Positions 28,981-38,500 of a stretch of 64,000 bases of DNA are shown piece after piece. Under the pieces are notes generated by a model, which worked only from the letters and a program-made list of their open reading frames with translations, searched no databases and had not been told where the DNA came from. This stretch comes from a virus: positions 1 to 64,000 of IMG/VR virus record IMGVR_UViG_3300025087_000048. One strand, 5' to 3'. Numbering within the stretch: position 1 is the stretch's first letter; each line of letters opens with the position of its first letter. The position numbers and the translations under genes were made by a program.

Positions 28981-29364
28981 TTACGCATTCGCCACTGAAA
29001 TATCATACGCAGTCGGAGTTGATACAAGCATCTTCACCGTCAAGCTTGTCGTCCCGTCAGCTCCACTCGCCAATGGACGAACCACGTAGGTATTCTCCAG
29101 AACCTGTTCAATCTTTGCCACTGTAATTGTCAATGCGTTCCCTTGTGGATCAGCCAACGTCGCATACGTCGGGGCCGAGGAATCATTGCTCCCCTGAACA
29201 GTCACTGTTGCCCCGCCAAATGTCCCGTACACTTGAATAGACTTATCAGCAAACATCGGACAGACAAACGGAGTCCCATCAAGATTTGCTGCAACCAGGG
29301 GGGTCCACGTCACAACCTTGACACCACCTATTAAGTTTTCAACCGTGTACCCTACGGTAGCCAT
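28981..29364 (-). CDS. Small beta-sandwich structural protein
   Basis: SIQVYGTFGGATVTVQGSND...LADPQGNAL motif. Confidence 0.7.
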   Translation of the reverse strand: MATVGYTVENLIGGVKVVTWTPLVAANLDGTPFVCPMFADKSIQVYGTFGGATVTVQGSNDSSAPTYATLADPQGNALTITVAKIEQVLENTYVVRPLASGADGTTSLTVKMLVSTPTAYDISVANA

Positions 29365-29377
29365 ACCTGCTCCCCCC

Positions 29378-29716
29378 TCAATTCAAAAAAGCTTGGACGA
29401 AGACTCCATCGTCACTTCCAGTAGCCCCTTCAGCCGCAGTCGTCGCAAACATCGAACACCGATTCGTAAAATACAACCCAGGCTCGTTAAAATCAATAAA
29501 TTGAAACCCAGATGTCGCAGCAACCGGAATAACAAACATTGGACGTGTCGTCCCAATTGTCACAGAAGCGATCGGAGCATCAAACACTTGGATAAATGCT
29601 GCCGCACCAGTCGTATTCACAACAAGAATTTTAGCAATATGGCAAACCCCATTCGATACATTTGCCCCGTTATCGTCTAAGTTCCGCACATGAACTGACG
29701 TAATTCCCTGTGACAT
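29378..29716 (-). CDS. Small structural protein, paralog 2
   Basis: 112 aa; highly similar to 29725-30063. Confidence 0.75.
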   Translation of the reverse strand: MSQGITSVHVRNLDDNGANVSNGVCHIAKILVVNTTGAAAFIQVFDAPIASVTIGTTRPMFVIPVAATSGFQFIDFNEPGLYFTNRCSMFATTAAEGATGSDDGVFVQAFLN

Positions 29717-29724
29717 AGCACCCT

Positions 29725-30063
29725 CTAATTCAAAAATGCTTGGAGAAAAACTCCAGCACCACTCCCCGTATTCCCCTCAGCGGTTGTTGTAGAGAACGCA
29801 GAAAAACGAGACGTAAAATACAAACCAGGTTCGTTAAAATCAATGAATTGGAAACCCGTCGTCGCTGCCAAGGCAATCACAAACAATGGGCGAGTTGTTC
29901 CGAGGGTGACACTCGTGGCAGGCGAATCAAACACCTGAATAAATGCAGCAGCAGCTGACGTGTTCAACGCCAGAATCTTCGCAATGTGGCAGATACCGTT
30001 TGAGATATTCTGCCCCGTATCATTCAAATTCCGAGCATGCGTACTAGAAATAGCTTGGGACAT
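29725..30063 (-). CDS. Small structural protein, paralog 1
   Basis: 112 aa; shares AAFIQVFD...GFQFIDFNEPGLYFT...QAFLN. Confidence 0.75.
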   Translation of the reverse strand: MSQAISSTHARNLNDTGQNISNGICHIAKILALNTSAAAAFIQVFDSPATSVTLGTTRPLFVIALAATTGFQFIDFNEPGLYFTSRFSAFSTTTAEGNTGSGAGVFLQAFLN

Positions 30064-30085
30064 ACGACTCCCCCCTCACACTAAT

Positions 30086-31075
30086 CTACTGAGATTTGCC
30101 CGCAGAGTCAATAGATCCACCCCCAACTTGTTGCTCAATCCACTGATATGTTGGCACAAGTCCATCATACAACTTCGTACTCGGTTCCCAACCAAGAAGT
30201 TTCTGAATTAACGTATTATCACTATTCCGCCCACGCACACCCTGCGGGCGAGCAAGATCATACTGCTTATATATCCGCTTGCCAGCAATTTTACATATCA
30301 TATCAATTAACTTATTCACCGAAACTACCTCAGTAGACCCAAGATTTAATGGTTGGTGTATATCAGACTGCATAATGCGATAAATCCCCTCTACACAGTC
30401 ATCAACATAACAATACGATCGCGCCTGTGCGCCATCTCCCCACACCTCAATGGTCCCCCCATCGGGGGCCATAGCGATCTTGCGGCACAGAGCCGCTGGG
30501 GCCTTCTCACGGCCTCCCTGGTAGGTTCCGAGCGTGCCATAAATGTTGTGAAAACGAGCAATACGAGTTGACAGCTTCTTATCTTCCCAATAATACTTAC
30601 ACAGTTCCTCTGCAAACAATTTCTCCCACCCATATGCTGGCTCAGGATTCGCCGGATATGCTTCCCATTCAGCCAACGGTTTTGCTCCAACCCACCCCTG
30701 CCGTTCAACTGGGTACACGCATGCGCTAGACGAATAAAAGAACCGTCGTACCCCGACATCAGCCGATGCCTCTAGCATATTCGAATCAATCAACACGTTA
30801 TTGCGAGCAACATCCGCATGCACTGACGTAATATACCCGATCCCGCCCATGTCAGCTGCAAGATGGTACACTTCGTCAATATCTCGTACAGCCTCATCGC
30901 AAGCCGACACCTGACGCAAATCCAATGTCAAGAACTCATGAGCAGCTGATAGCTCATACTCAGGCAACTTCACATCAACACCACGCACATGATATCCACC
31001 ACGAACAAGATATTTCACAAGGTGATGCCCTAGGAATCCGCCCGCACCTGTCACTAACGCATTTATTTTGCTCAT
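30086..31075 (-). CDS. GDP-mannose 3,5-epimerase-like extended SDR
   Basis: VTGAGGFLG, HLAADMGGIGYI, YSSSACVYP, YGWEK, RFHNIYG, GGREKAPAALCRK, GVRGRNSDN. Confidence 0.88.
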   Translation of the reverse strand: MSKINALVTGAGGFLGHHLVKYLVRGGYHVRGVDVKLPEYELSAAHEFLTLDLRQVSACDEAVRDIDEVYHLAADMGGIGYITSVHADVARNNVLIDSNMLEASADVGVRRFFYSSSACVYPVERQGWVGAKPLAEWEAYPANPEPAYGWEKLFAEELCKYYWEDKKLSTRIARFHNIYGTLGTYQGGREKAPAALCRKIAMAPDGGTIEVWGDGAQARSYCYVDDCVEGIYRIMQSDIHQPLNLGSTEVVSVNKLIDMICKIAGKRIYKQYDLARPQGVRGRNSDNTLIQKLLGWEPSTKLYDGLVPTYQWIEQQVGGGSIDSAGKSQ

Positions 31076-32322
31076 CGCACAACCCCCCCAAGACGAAGCA
31101 CAGGCGCTGTTACTTCAAGCTTCGCCTCACCGTACATCAGATTGTCAAACTCCGGCCACGCCGTCGCAATAATAAACACGTCTGCCTTATCTAATACGTC
31201 AGAGAGCCCCAGCGGAGTCTCGCACGACACCCCTGACACAATGGAACCGCCCATCGGATCATACCCAAGCACGGGCCATCCGCGACCAATACATGCATCG
31301 ACGATTGCCATGCCCTGAGACAGTGTCGTGTCGGCAGCCCCTGGGTTATACACAAGACCAAGAACTCCAATTACAGGCTTTTTCCGCGCACTACTGAGTT
31401 TTATATGCGTCTCAATCCAACCCAGCGTCGAAGTAATCACTCGCTGTCTAGACAGTCCATGCCCCAGCTTTGCACTCACAGCCATCGGCGATGACCCCAG
31501 CGAGCACCACACATCAAGGTCACGAGGCAAGCAAGGTCCCGCTGGACTCCAACCAGGTTTCAAATATGCAGACCCAATACGCGCATCCCCACCTACAGCT
31601 TCAAGAACCTTCTCAGACGACGCTCCAACGGCACGACACATCTCAGCAATCTCGTTTGCCCAAGCAATACGTGATGACAACGACACATTGATTGCCAATT
31701 TTGCCACCGCAATACTCAGAGGATCACCCACAACTTCACGAACATTCACCTGATGAACACCCGACCAACCCCACAACTCTCTCAGAACCTCCAACCCCGC
31801 TGACGTATTCATCCCAAAAAGACCCACCGTCGGATACGCCAAATCCTCAATCACATGCCCAAGCCGAATTAACGGCGGGTTATACAGCACTTCAGGCCCA
31901 GTACACACTTTCGTCACCGTACGAGGATCGAGCGTAGACCCAACAATGACCCACCCGGACCACCCAGATATGTTGATCTGATCCAGAACCGATTTGACAT
32001 ACTCCGCTGAAAGCCCAGAACCACGTTTTGGAGTTGGAACAATGACGTATGCGTACGCTCGATCAGAAACAAGTCCTTTTGATATCCCTGGATGATACAA
32101 CGCCTCATCAAGCGTTCTTACGTATTTGATTGACCCGAGCCATTCAGCAACACCAGGTTCCCAAGGAAGCGGATTTTCCCCTTGAGATAGCCGTGACAAC
32201 AACTCTGAATCCACATCATACCCGATCACTTGATGCCCAAGACGAGCAAAATAGCAGGCAGTAGGAAGTCCGACACGCCCTAATCCGATCACAGCAACAT
32301 TCACGGTTCGCTGTCCGGCCAT
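31072..32322 (-). CDS. UDP-glucose/GDP-mannose dehydrogenase family protein
   Basis: IGLGRVGLP, VPTP, ST, AKLA.N...I..ANE, DARIG, GPCLPRD, YDP, ATAWPEF. Confidence 0.88.
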   Translation of the reverse strand: MAGQRTVNVAVIGLGRVGLPTACYFARLGHQVIGYDVDSELLSRLSQGENPLPWEPGVAEWLGSIKYVRTLDEALYHPGISKGLVSDRAYAYVIVPTPKRGSGLSAEYVKSVLDQINISGWSGWVIVGSTLDPRTVTKVCTGPEVLYNPPLIRLGHVIEDLAYPTVGLFGMNTSAGLEVLRELWGWSGVHQVNVREVVGDPLSIAVAKLAINVSLSSRIAWANEIAEMCRAVGASSEKVLEAVGGDARIGSAYLKPGWSPAGPCLPRDLDVWCSLGSSPMAVSAKLGHGLSRQRVITSTLGWIETHIKLSSARKKPVIGVLGLVYNPGAADTTLSQGMAIVDACIGRGWPVLGYDPMGGSIVSGVSCETPLGLSDVLDKADVFIIATAWPEFDNLMYGEAKLEVTAPVLRLGGVVR

Positions 32323-33371
32323 ATTTCTCTCCCATTCCAATATGTAAAATTGTCAACATCGTTAATTGGAACTGACGCCGTCGTTCTCCATCCGGTCAAC
32401 AACTCTGATAACTCATCCATTGACCACGGATTCAATGCTCGAGGGGACCCACCCGCTTGCATCTCTGCCTTCCGACGTTCCACGTACGCCAATCCATCGG
32501 GCCAACTCCAACGTCCCTCCAACCGAATTGGCTTTGACGATCCAAAAGGCAGCGCAGGATCAATCATATGCGGATCGAGATAGCACACCGATACCTCAGG
32601 AGCCCACCATAATTCAACATGTGCCGCTAACAAACGATATTGTAAGTCAATATCCAGCGGACCCCGCCCCCGTTCCAACCGTTCATCTAACCCGTTGAGC
32701 TCCCACATCACATCACGACACACCGAATCATTCTTAATATGGAGCCACCCATCTCCAAGACCAGACCCACCCGTTCGCCTCAACTCTGTCATGCGAAGAT
32801 CCTGATGGCGTACTGGCAATCCCATCAAATGCGGCAGCCACGCAGATTGAAATCTCCCAGCCTTCATTGGGTACATCTCATCCAAAATCTCCCCGCGTGC
32901 CACCGGGCTCTCTTCCGTACATTCGAATCCTGCTTCCCACTTTCGCACCACCGCCTCAAAATCATACGGCTGCTTGAGAACAAGTTCAGGAATCGGGACA
33001 AACCGGTAGCTCCCCGCCACGTACCGCCGCTGCCCGTCCAACGCCTTCAGGTGCCCCTCAATCCATCCTGGCGGGGTATACATCCAATCAGCCAAGAAGA
33101 TCACCACACGCCCTCGAGCCAACGCAATTGCAGTATTCCAAGCTGACGCGAAAGACACCCATTTCCCATTCCGCCGATGTTCAGGAACATGAAGCAACGG
33201 CACATCATAACCCCACGCCATCTCCTGTACTTCTTTATGTCTCTTCTCGTACCGACGGTCAACCAAAATAACTTCAAAATCTTTGAACGTCTGATCTCTC
33301 ATCCCAGCCAAAAGAACATCAATTCCGCCCGGCCTGAACACAGTAGACAATACGGACACTTCAGGCGTCAT
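32301..33371 (-). CDS. Glycosyltransferase family 2-like
   Basis: QTFKDFEVILVD, AWNTAIALARG, NGLDE...DIDLQYRL. Confidence 0.8.
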   Translation of the reverse strand: MTPEVSVLSTVFRPGGIDVLLAGMRDQTFKDFEVILVDRRYEKRHKEVQEMAWGYDVPLLHVPEHRRNGKWVSFASAWNTAIALARGRVVIFLADWMYTPPGWIEGHLKALDGQRRYVAGSYRFVPIPELVLKQPYDFEAVVRKWEAGFECTEESPVARGEILDEMYPMKAGRFQSAWLPHLMGLPVRHQDLRMTELRRTGGSGLGDGWLHIKNDSVCRDVMWELNGLDERLERGRGPLDIDLQYRLLAAHVELWWAPEVSVCYLDPHMIDPALPFGSSKPIRLEGRWSWPDGLAYVERRKAEMQAGGSPRALNPWSMDELSELLTGWRTTASVPINDVDNFTYWNGREIWPDSEP

Positions 33372-33877
33372 ACAGACACCAAATACGACCAAGATCGTCC
33401 CCTACGAACGTCACGAATAGCAGAATCAGACACTCCAAAACGACGACCTAACACTGGTGCAGACTCATTACTCATTCTTATTTCCAAAACACGCGCTTCT
33501 GTCAATTTAGTCCAACCCAACCGCTCACCTCTTCGCCACGAATGGTCAATTAACCCCAAAGCATTTGCATGTTTCATATTTTCGGAGCGAGTAACATACT
33601 CCAAGTTAGAAACAAAATTGTTAGTTTTAACCCCATCTAAATGGTTAACCTCATACCCATCCGGCCTTGGTCCAATAAACGCTTCTGCAACAACTCGATG
33701 AACAAGCATCAAATTTGTCACTCCTGGACGTCTAAGGCGAATACATAAGTACCCACCTGGGTGTTTCCACACTCTCATCATATGTACACGCCCTTTAATT
33801 CTGAACACATCCCCCAAATTAGATACCAAATATTGCTGCTCGTAACCAACAACAGGACGCCAATCAAGTTCAAGCAT
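33368..33877 (-). CDS. NUMOD4-HNH homing endonuclease
   Basis: WRPVVGYE..YLVSNLGDV; VHRVVAEAF; VNHLDGVKTNN.VSNLEYVT.SEN. Confidence 0.93.
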   Translation of the reverse strand: MLELDWRPVVGYEQQYLVSNLGDVFRIKGRVHMMRVWKHPGGYLCIRLRRPGVTNLMLVHRVVAEAFIGPRPDGYEVNHLDGVKTNNFVSNLEYVTRSENMKHANALGLIDHSWRRGERLGWTKLTEARVLEIRMSNESAPVLGRRFGVSDSAIRDVRRGRSWSYLVSV

Positions 33878-34433
33878 GCCTAACCCCGGTCACATGCATT
33901 TCCCATTTATTATACCAACCGCCATGCACAATATTAGAAAAACCAGCAAATTCTAACTCAGTTTTAAACGAATCAAAATTATACAACCATTTATGATATC
34001 CAAATCCATTTTCATTATTAGGCCCATGAAACAAACATGAAAGCCACCCTTCAAACAATCCATCCTCTCGTAACCGTTCAAGAATAAAATCACCATCCCC
34101 TATCATCACAATAATTTGCCCACCAGTATCAAGAATACGATAACATTCACGAAGAATTTTTCGAGCTGCATCCCGTGATAAATGCTGTAAAGAATGAATT
34201 GCCTTTACACACTGTGCATGCCCATCATGAAACGGAAGATCTTCCTGTTCCAAATCGCACACAATATCCACATTTGGCCCAGCAGATATATCAACATTCG
34301 GATGATAGACATCCTCTGCCGGACCCCCACCAATCTCCACCCACCGAGAGATCCCACACTGCTCGCACAGAGGTCCATACCCCCCTGATGGCGGAGGAGG
34401 CCCATGGGACTGCCACCGCGTAATATCCACCAT
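33870..34433 (-). CDS. Class I SAM-dependent methyltransferase
   Basis: VEIGGG, NVDI, DLPF, HSLQHL, L.ECYRIL..GG. Confidence 0.8.
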   Translation of the reverse strand: MVDITRWQSHGPPPPSGGYGPLCEQCGISRWVEIGGGPAEDVYHPNVDISAGPNVDIVCDLEQEDLPFHDGHAQCVKAIHSLQHLSRDAARKILRECYRILDTGGQIIVMIGDGDFILERLREDGLFEGWLSCLFHGPNNENGFGYHKWLYNFDSFKTELEFAGFSNIVHGGWYNKWEMHVTGVRHA

Positions 34434-37264
34434 CAGACCACCTCGACAGGTTTCTGAAGCAACCGCTTCCTGGCGTACCACACGGCCTGCTTTGCAAACT
34501 CCTCCAGATTTCCGCCAAACTCATCAGCCGTTCTCACTAACACACGATCCCAAGCAAGCCGTAACAACACATCCACCAAATCCGGCCATTGAAGCCGAAG
34601 TAATAAATTCATCTCTTCGTAAAATCTGGAACTCTTCTGTGAAGCAATATTCAAATATGTAAATTCCTCAGTTGGCCAGATAATATTCCCATACCGAAGA
34701 TCAACCTCACCCCACTGGCCTCCGTCCAACCCGCGTTTCACAATCGCGATCGTTCGCCTATATTCCTCAGCCAATAATGTCGCGGGTCGTCGAGATGCCA
34801 CCTGCAAAAGCCACTCATAAAACTCCCGGTATGACACACCTTGAACATCATGCAAATACATCGCAACTTCCCGGAGTAACCCAAACCCATGAAATGTCTG
34901 AACTGCCCACGAGAACATATACGCCTGCACCCAATCCGCTTCCGGCATCGTTGCGGTCTCAATACATAGGAGACAGGTTTCTTGAATTCCATCCTGATTC
35001 GGAGTCGAGTGCTGTTGCAACAGCGGAGACTGAATCACACGCATTCCATGCTTCTTCTGATACTCGAGATCGCCCATCTCTGCATTCGGAAGAACTGCCA
35101 ACAAATAAATATTCAGTCCCTCATGTTGCCCAGCCTTTAATAGCTGCTCAATCCCCCTGGTAAACGAGTCGTATGTCTCCCCTGGCAAACCAAGAATTAA
35201 CTCCGTGTATGTAGGAATTCCCTCCTGACGATATGTCCCCAACAATGATTTGAAGTTCTCGATCTTAATATTACTCCGCTTGATCTCCTGTAACGTATGT
35301 GCGTCAAGGCTCTGAAAACTCAATGTGGTCCCCTTACTCATTCCTGCCTGGTGGACCACACTAGAGATATCAAGAACTTTCTGATTACTGTTCTTTGCGT
35401 ATGCCGCCCGAAATTGCCGTGGATAGCCATATTTTTCTTTCGCAGCAACCATTTCCTTTGTCAATTCAAGATCACGTGGAAGCAATCCAAAATTCGCATC
35501 ACAATTATAAAGTAGTTCAATTTCGTGCTGACCCATCCACTCAAATTCACGAACAAGACGTTCATCATCAAACGCTCGTATCTTCGTAAGGACCGCAGAA
35601 CCCCAATCACAATTGTGGCTTTCCAACCCGAAAACACTATAAATTGGAGTATCTTCTACTTCTAAATTAAAAACATACCCAGAAAAATCGGCATCACTTA
35701 CGGACGTCACATACGCCCACAAGTTTATTGGTAACTTTTCCGGAAACCGCCCAGCAAATTCTATCCGATAGGATTCATGCACATTAACATCTCGCCCGCA
35801 AATTCTAGGAACAAGCAATTTACGTTTAGAAACACCAGCACAAATACCAAGCAGACTCAGCAAAACCTGAAGTTGAGTAGCAAGAGTCAACGACACAGTC
35901 GAAGCAATACAGCGACCTTGAGAATTCTTCTTATCAATACTGAAACACCCATCTCCATCGAAATAGCCGCGAATAAACGCATGTATCAATTCCGACGAAA
36001 CACTAAACCACGCGTACGGAATCTTTTTCCTTAACGATCCAGAACCGAACAACTTAGAAAACAAACGAGCATACACCGAACTACAAACATAAATTTGCAT
36101 GCCTGTATCAGTTTCAGATACGATCGGTTCGACACCTAAGCACAACCTAACCAGTTGGCATGTTTCAGTAATTAAATCAGTCTCGTGTTTCCCAAACGTC
36201 CATCCTACAACACCAGAATTTGGCCGAGTTTTTGAAAAAGAAACATGTCCTTCCGCAACATACAACCCGCACAAACGCATAAACAAGTTATTCATAATTA
36301 CATAACGTGGCACTTTCACTTTGCCACGCTTGAATTTAACAAACATACCATCTACACACAACGCATCTAAATAGTTACATAGATCTAAAATCTCCACGCC
36401 CGCTCTCTGTGTATCCGGCACAGATACACGAATACGATCTCCTACAGTAATTTCACCAGCAGAAATCCATCCGCGCTGCGTCAACCATTCATGATTAGGC
36501 GTACACTGTATCAAAGGACGCCCTACAACTTTCACTCGTTTAATCACCCCGGAGTACCGCCGCTCATACCTATGCAGAATCTGCTTCAATCCAGTATGCG
36601 TCCAAACTTGTTCGCCTACTTTATCCAAAACAACTTCAGAAATAGGCACAGACCCAGCGTCTGTCATAATAACTGCATCACCTGTCAAACAAAAACTGCA
36701 AGAATAGACACATCCCCTATGCGTCTCTTGACTAGCATTATGATTATAGTCCGCTTCAAGCATCATGTCGAACACACCGGTCACATACGGAGATGGCAAA
36801 ATAGAAAGATCAGCAATTCGTGAACCAGATCGGTGAACCAAGGTTTCTGCCTTCAACCCACTACAACGAACCAGTAAAATCTCAGAAAACGCGATTTCTC
36901 CCTCATGATGAACAACAACGTCCACATAATCCGGGATATCACGACGTAATGCCACTGACTTTGGAACATGCGGACCACCAAACACGATCAAACAGTCCGG
37001 ATACGATTCACGAACTTTCTGTGCAAGAACCTTGTTAAACTCCCAGTTCCAAATATAACATGAAAACCCGACAACATCCGGATTTTCCATTCGTTCCACA
37101 ATCGCATCAGAACGCTCTCGAAGATAAATCAACTCTTTGAAACAGTATTCTTTGTTTACCCAATCAAGTGACTGACAGTATGCTTGAATCAATCCGACGG
37201 AATACGGAAGAAACACGTTATCCCCGAACCGATTATTCACTTGAACCAAATACACGTTACGCAT
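34433..37264 (-). CDS. Cobalamin-binding radical SAM protein with a LAGLIDADG intein
   Basis: LPYSVG, GFSCYIWN, VFGGPHV, ETHRGCVYSCSF[intein]CDWG, CDANFG, ELILGLPGET. Confidence 0.9.
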   Translation of the reverse strand: MRNVYLVQVNNRFGDNVFLPYSVGLIQAYCQSLDWVNKEYCFKELIYLRERSDAIVERMENPDVVGFSCYIWNWEFNKVLAQKVRESYPDCLIVFGGPHVPKSVALRRDIPDYVDVVVHHEGEIAFSEILLVRCSGLKAETLVHRSGSRIADLSILPSPYVTGVFDMMLEADYNHNASQETHRGCVYSCSFCLTGDAVIMTDAGSVPISEVVLDKVGEQVWTHTGLKQILHRYERRYSGVIKRVKVVGRPLIQCTPNHEWLTQRGWISAGEITVGDRIRVSVPDTQRAGVEILDLCNYLDALCVDGMFVKFKRGKVKVPRYVIMNNLFMRLCGLYVAEGHVSFSKTRPNSGVVGWTFGKHETDLITETCQLVRLCLGVEPIVSETDTGMQIYVCSSVYARLFSKLFGSGSLRKKIPYAWFSVSSELIHAFIRGYFDGDGCFSIDKKNSQGRCIASTVSLTLATQLQVLLSLLGICAGVSKRKLLVPRICGRDVNVHESYRIEFAGRFPEKLPINLWAYVTSVSDADFSGYVFNLEVEDTPIYSVFGLESHNCDWGSAVLTKIRAFDDERLVREFEWMGQHEIELLYNCDANFGLLPRDLELTKEMVAAKEKYGYPRQFRAAYAKNSNQKVLDISSVVHQAGMSKGTTLSFQSLDAHTLQEIKRSNIKIENFKSLLGTYRQEGIPTYTELILGLPGETYDSFTRGIEQLLKAGQHEGLNIYLLAVLPNAEMGDLEYQKKHGMRVIQSPLLQQHSTPNQDGIQETCLLCIETATMPEADWVQAYMFSWAVQTFHGFGLLREVAMYLHDVQGVSYREFYEWLLQVASRRPATLLAEEYRRTIAIVKRGLDGGQWGEVDLRYGNIIWPTEEFTYLNIASQKSSRFYEEMNLLLRLQWPDLVDVLLRLAWDRVLVRTADEFGGNLEEFAKQAVWYARKRLLQKPVEVV
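35612..36691 (-). mobile_element. Intein with homing endonuclease (360 aa) in the radical SAM
   Basis: CLTGD...CTPNHEW...GLYVAEG...FIRGYFDGDG...VFNLEV...SHN|C. Confidence 0.93.
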
Positions 37265-38273
37265 ACCACGCCCACTCTGGTTTTTGCCCCACAAGATGCC
37301 CTGCATTGCCGCTCACAATCCTGGACGCATCATGCTCACACGCCAAAAACCTCGGGAGCGACGCTTCAGGTGTACTTCTCCACACTGAATGCGGGAAGTA
37401 ATGCCGAGGATTCACAATCTCAACAGTTGCCACCGGATCAAGAAGCATCCATGCAGCTCCAGAACGACTCAGACGAAGACCCATATCCGAATCATCATAA
37501 CAATGACCGATCCACGACTCGTCAAACCCGTTCACTTCACGTCCCCGCTCAGCCCCCATCCCTTCATTTTTCGCATGAAACGCAGTCGGAGGAACATCTC
37601 CACTCACAAGTCCATTCAATTTTGGATCAGCACGGAAAAAATACGGATCTTCATCCAAAGTCAGAACTTGCTCAGGATACTTAATCGGCGGATCAAAGAT
37701 CGTGTACATCCATTTATCGTAAACCCCGTCCTGTATCGCGTCAGCAAACTCTTGTCCAGCCTGTGCTGAATATTGGTAGGTTGCTCCCTGCACTGGTTTC
37801 ACCACACAGTCCACTGTGGCTGCTCCGTATACCCAATGTGCCCGAATTGGTGCATACGCTGGAAGATCATATGCCAGAGTCGGAGGATACCGGTATCGGT
37901 GCGCTCCCATCCCGGCCTTCTTCTTCTCGGTGTACTCCCAGACCCCCCAGTGTTCCCGTAAGCATGCTTCTGGGAAAAACGAGTAATCCACCCCCCACAC
38001 AATCAGTTCCCCGGATGCCTTCGCAATCGCCGTATTCCTAGCGGCCGGAACTGAATCCAATGGGAATATCCGATCCTTCGGGGGTGTATGAACCACCCGA
38101 ATACTCGCATCAAAAAAGGCATCCGCCACTTGTTCGGCCCGGCGATGGTACAATGCATCAACGAGTACCACCTCGAAATCATCAAAGATCTGACGAGTCA
38201 ACCCAGCTAAAAGAACATCAAGACCGCCTGGCCGCACAGTCACAATACACAAACTTAACCTGGGTGCCCCCAT
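37257..38273 (-). CDS. Glycosyltransferase family 2-like (paralog of 32301-33371)
   Basis: RPGGLDVLLAG..Q.F.DFEVVLVD, ARNTAIAKASG, VNGFDE..G..YDDSD...RL. Confidence 0.82.
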   Translation of the reverse strand: MGAPRLSLCIVTVRPGGLDVLLAGLTRQIFDDFEVVLVDALYHRRAEQVADAFFDASIRVVHTPPKDRIFPLDSVPAARNTAIAKASGELIVWGVDYSFFPEACLREHWGVWEYTEKKKAGMGAHRYRYPPTLAYDLPAYAPIRAHWVYGAATVDCVVKPVQGATYQYSAQAGQEFADAIQDGVYDKWMYTIFDPPIKYPEQVLTLDEDPYFFRADPKLNGLVSGDVPPTAFHAKNEGMGAERGREVNGFDESWIGHCYDDSDMGLRLSRSGAAWMLLDPVATVEIVNPRHYFPHSVWRSTPEASLPRFLACEHDASRIVSGNAGHLVGQKPEWAWYA

Positions 38274-38488
38274 TACCGAACATCTGCCAATTGCATATGA
38301 ACCAAACGAGATGTTAACACCAGCTCTGGTTCCTCATGAACCCCCTCAACAACACATGCACACACGTCTGAAAATACCTGCCGCACTGTCCCTGTCCATG
38401 ACGACACACCCCTCGGACCCCAGCCTGACTTCACAAACACAACATCTCCAACATTAATCACTCGGAGATCCTGACTTGCATGTGGCAT
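38273..38488 (-). CDS. Small SH3/KOW-like hypothetical protein
   Basis: VGDVVFV...WTGTV; coupled. Confidence 0.5.
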   Translation of the reverse strand: MPHASQDLRVINVGDVVFVKSGWGPRGVSSWTGTVRQVFSDVCACVVEGVHEEPELVLTSRLVHMQLADVR

Positions 38489-38500
38489 ACGTCACCCCTT

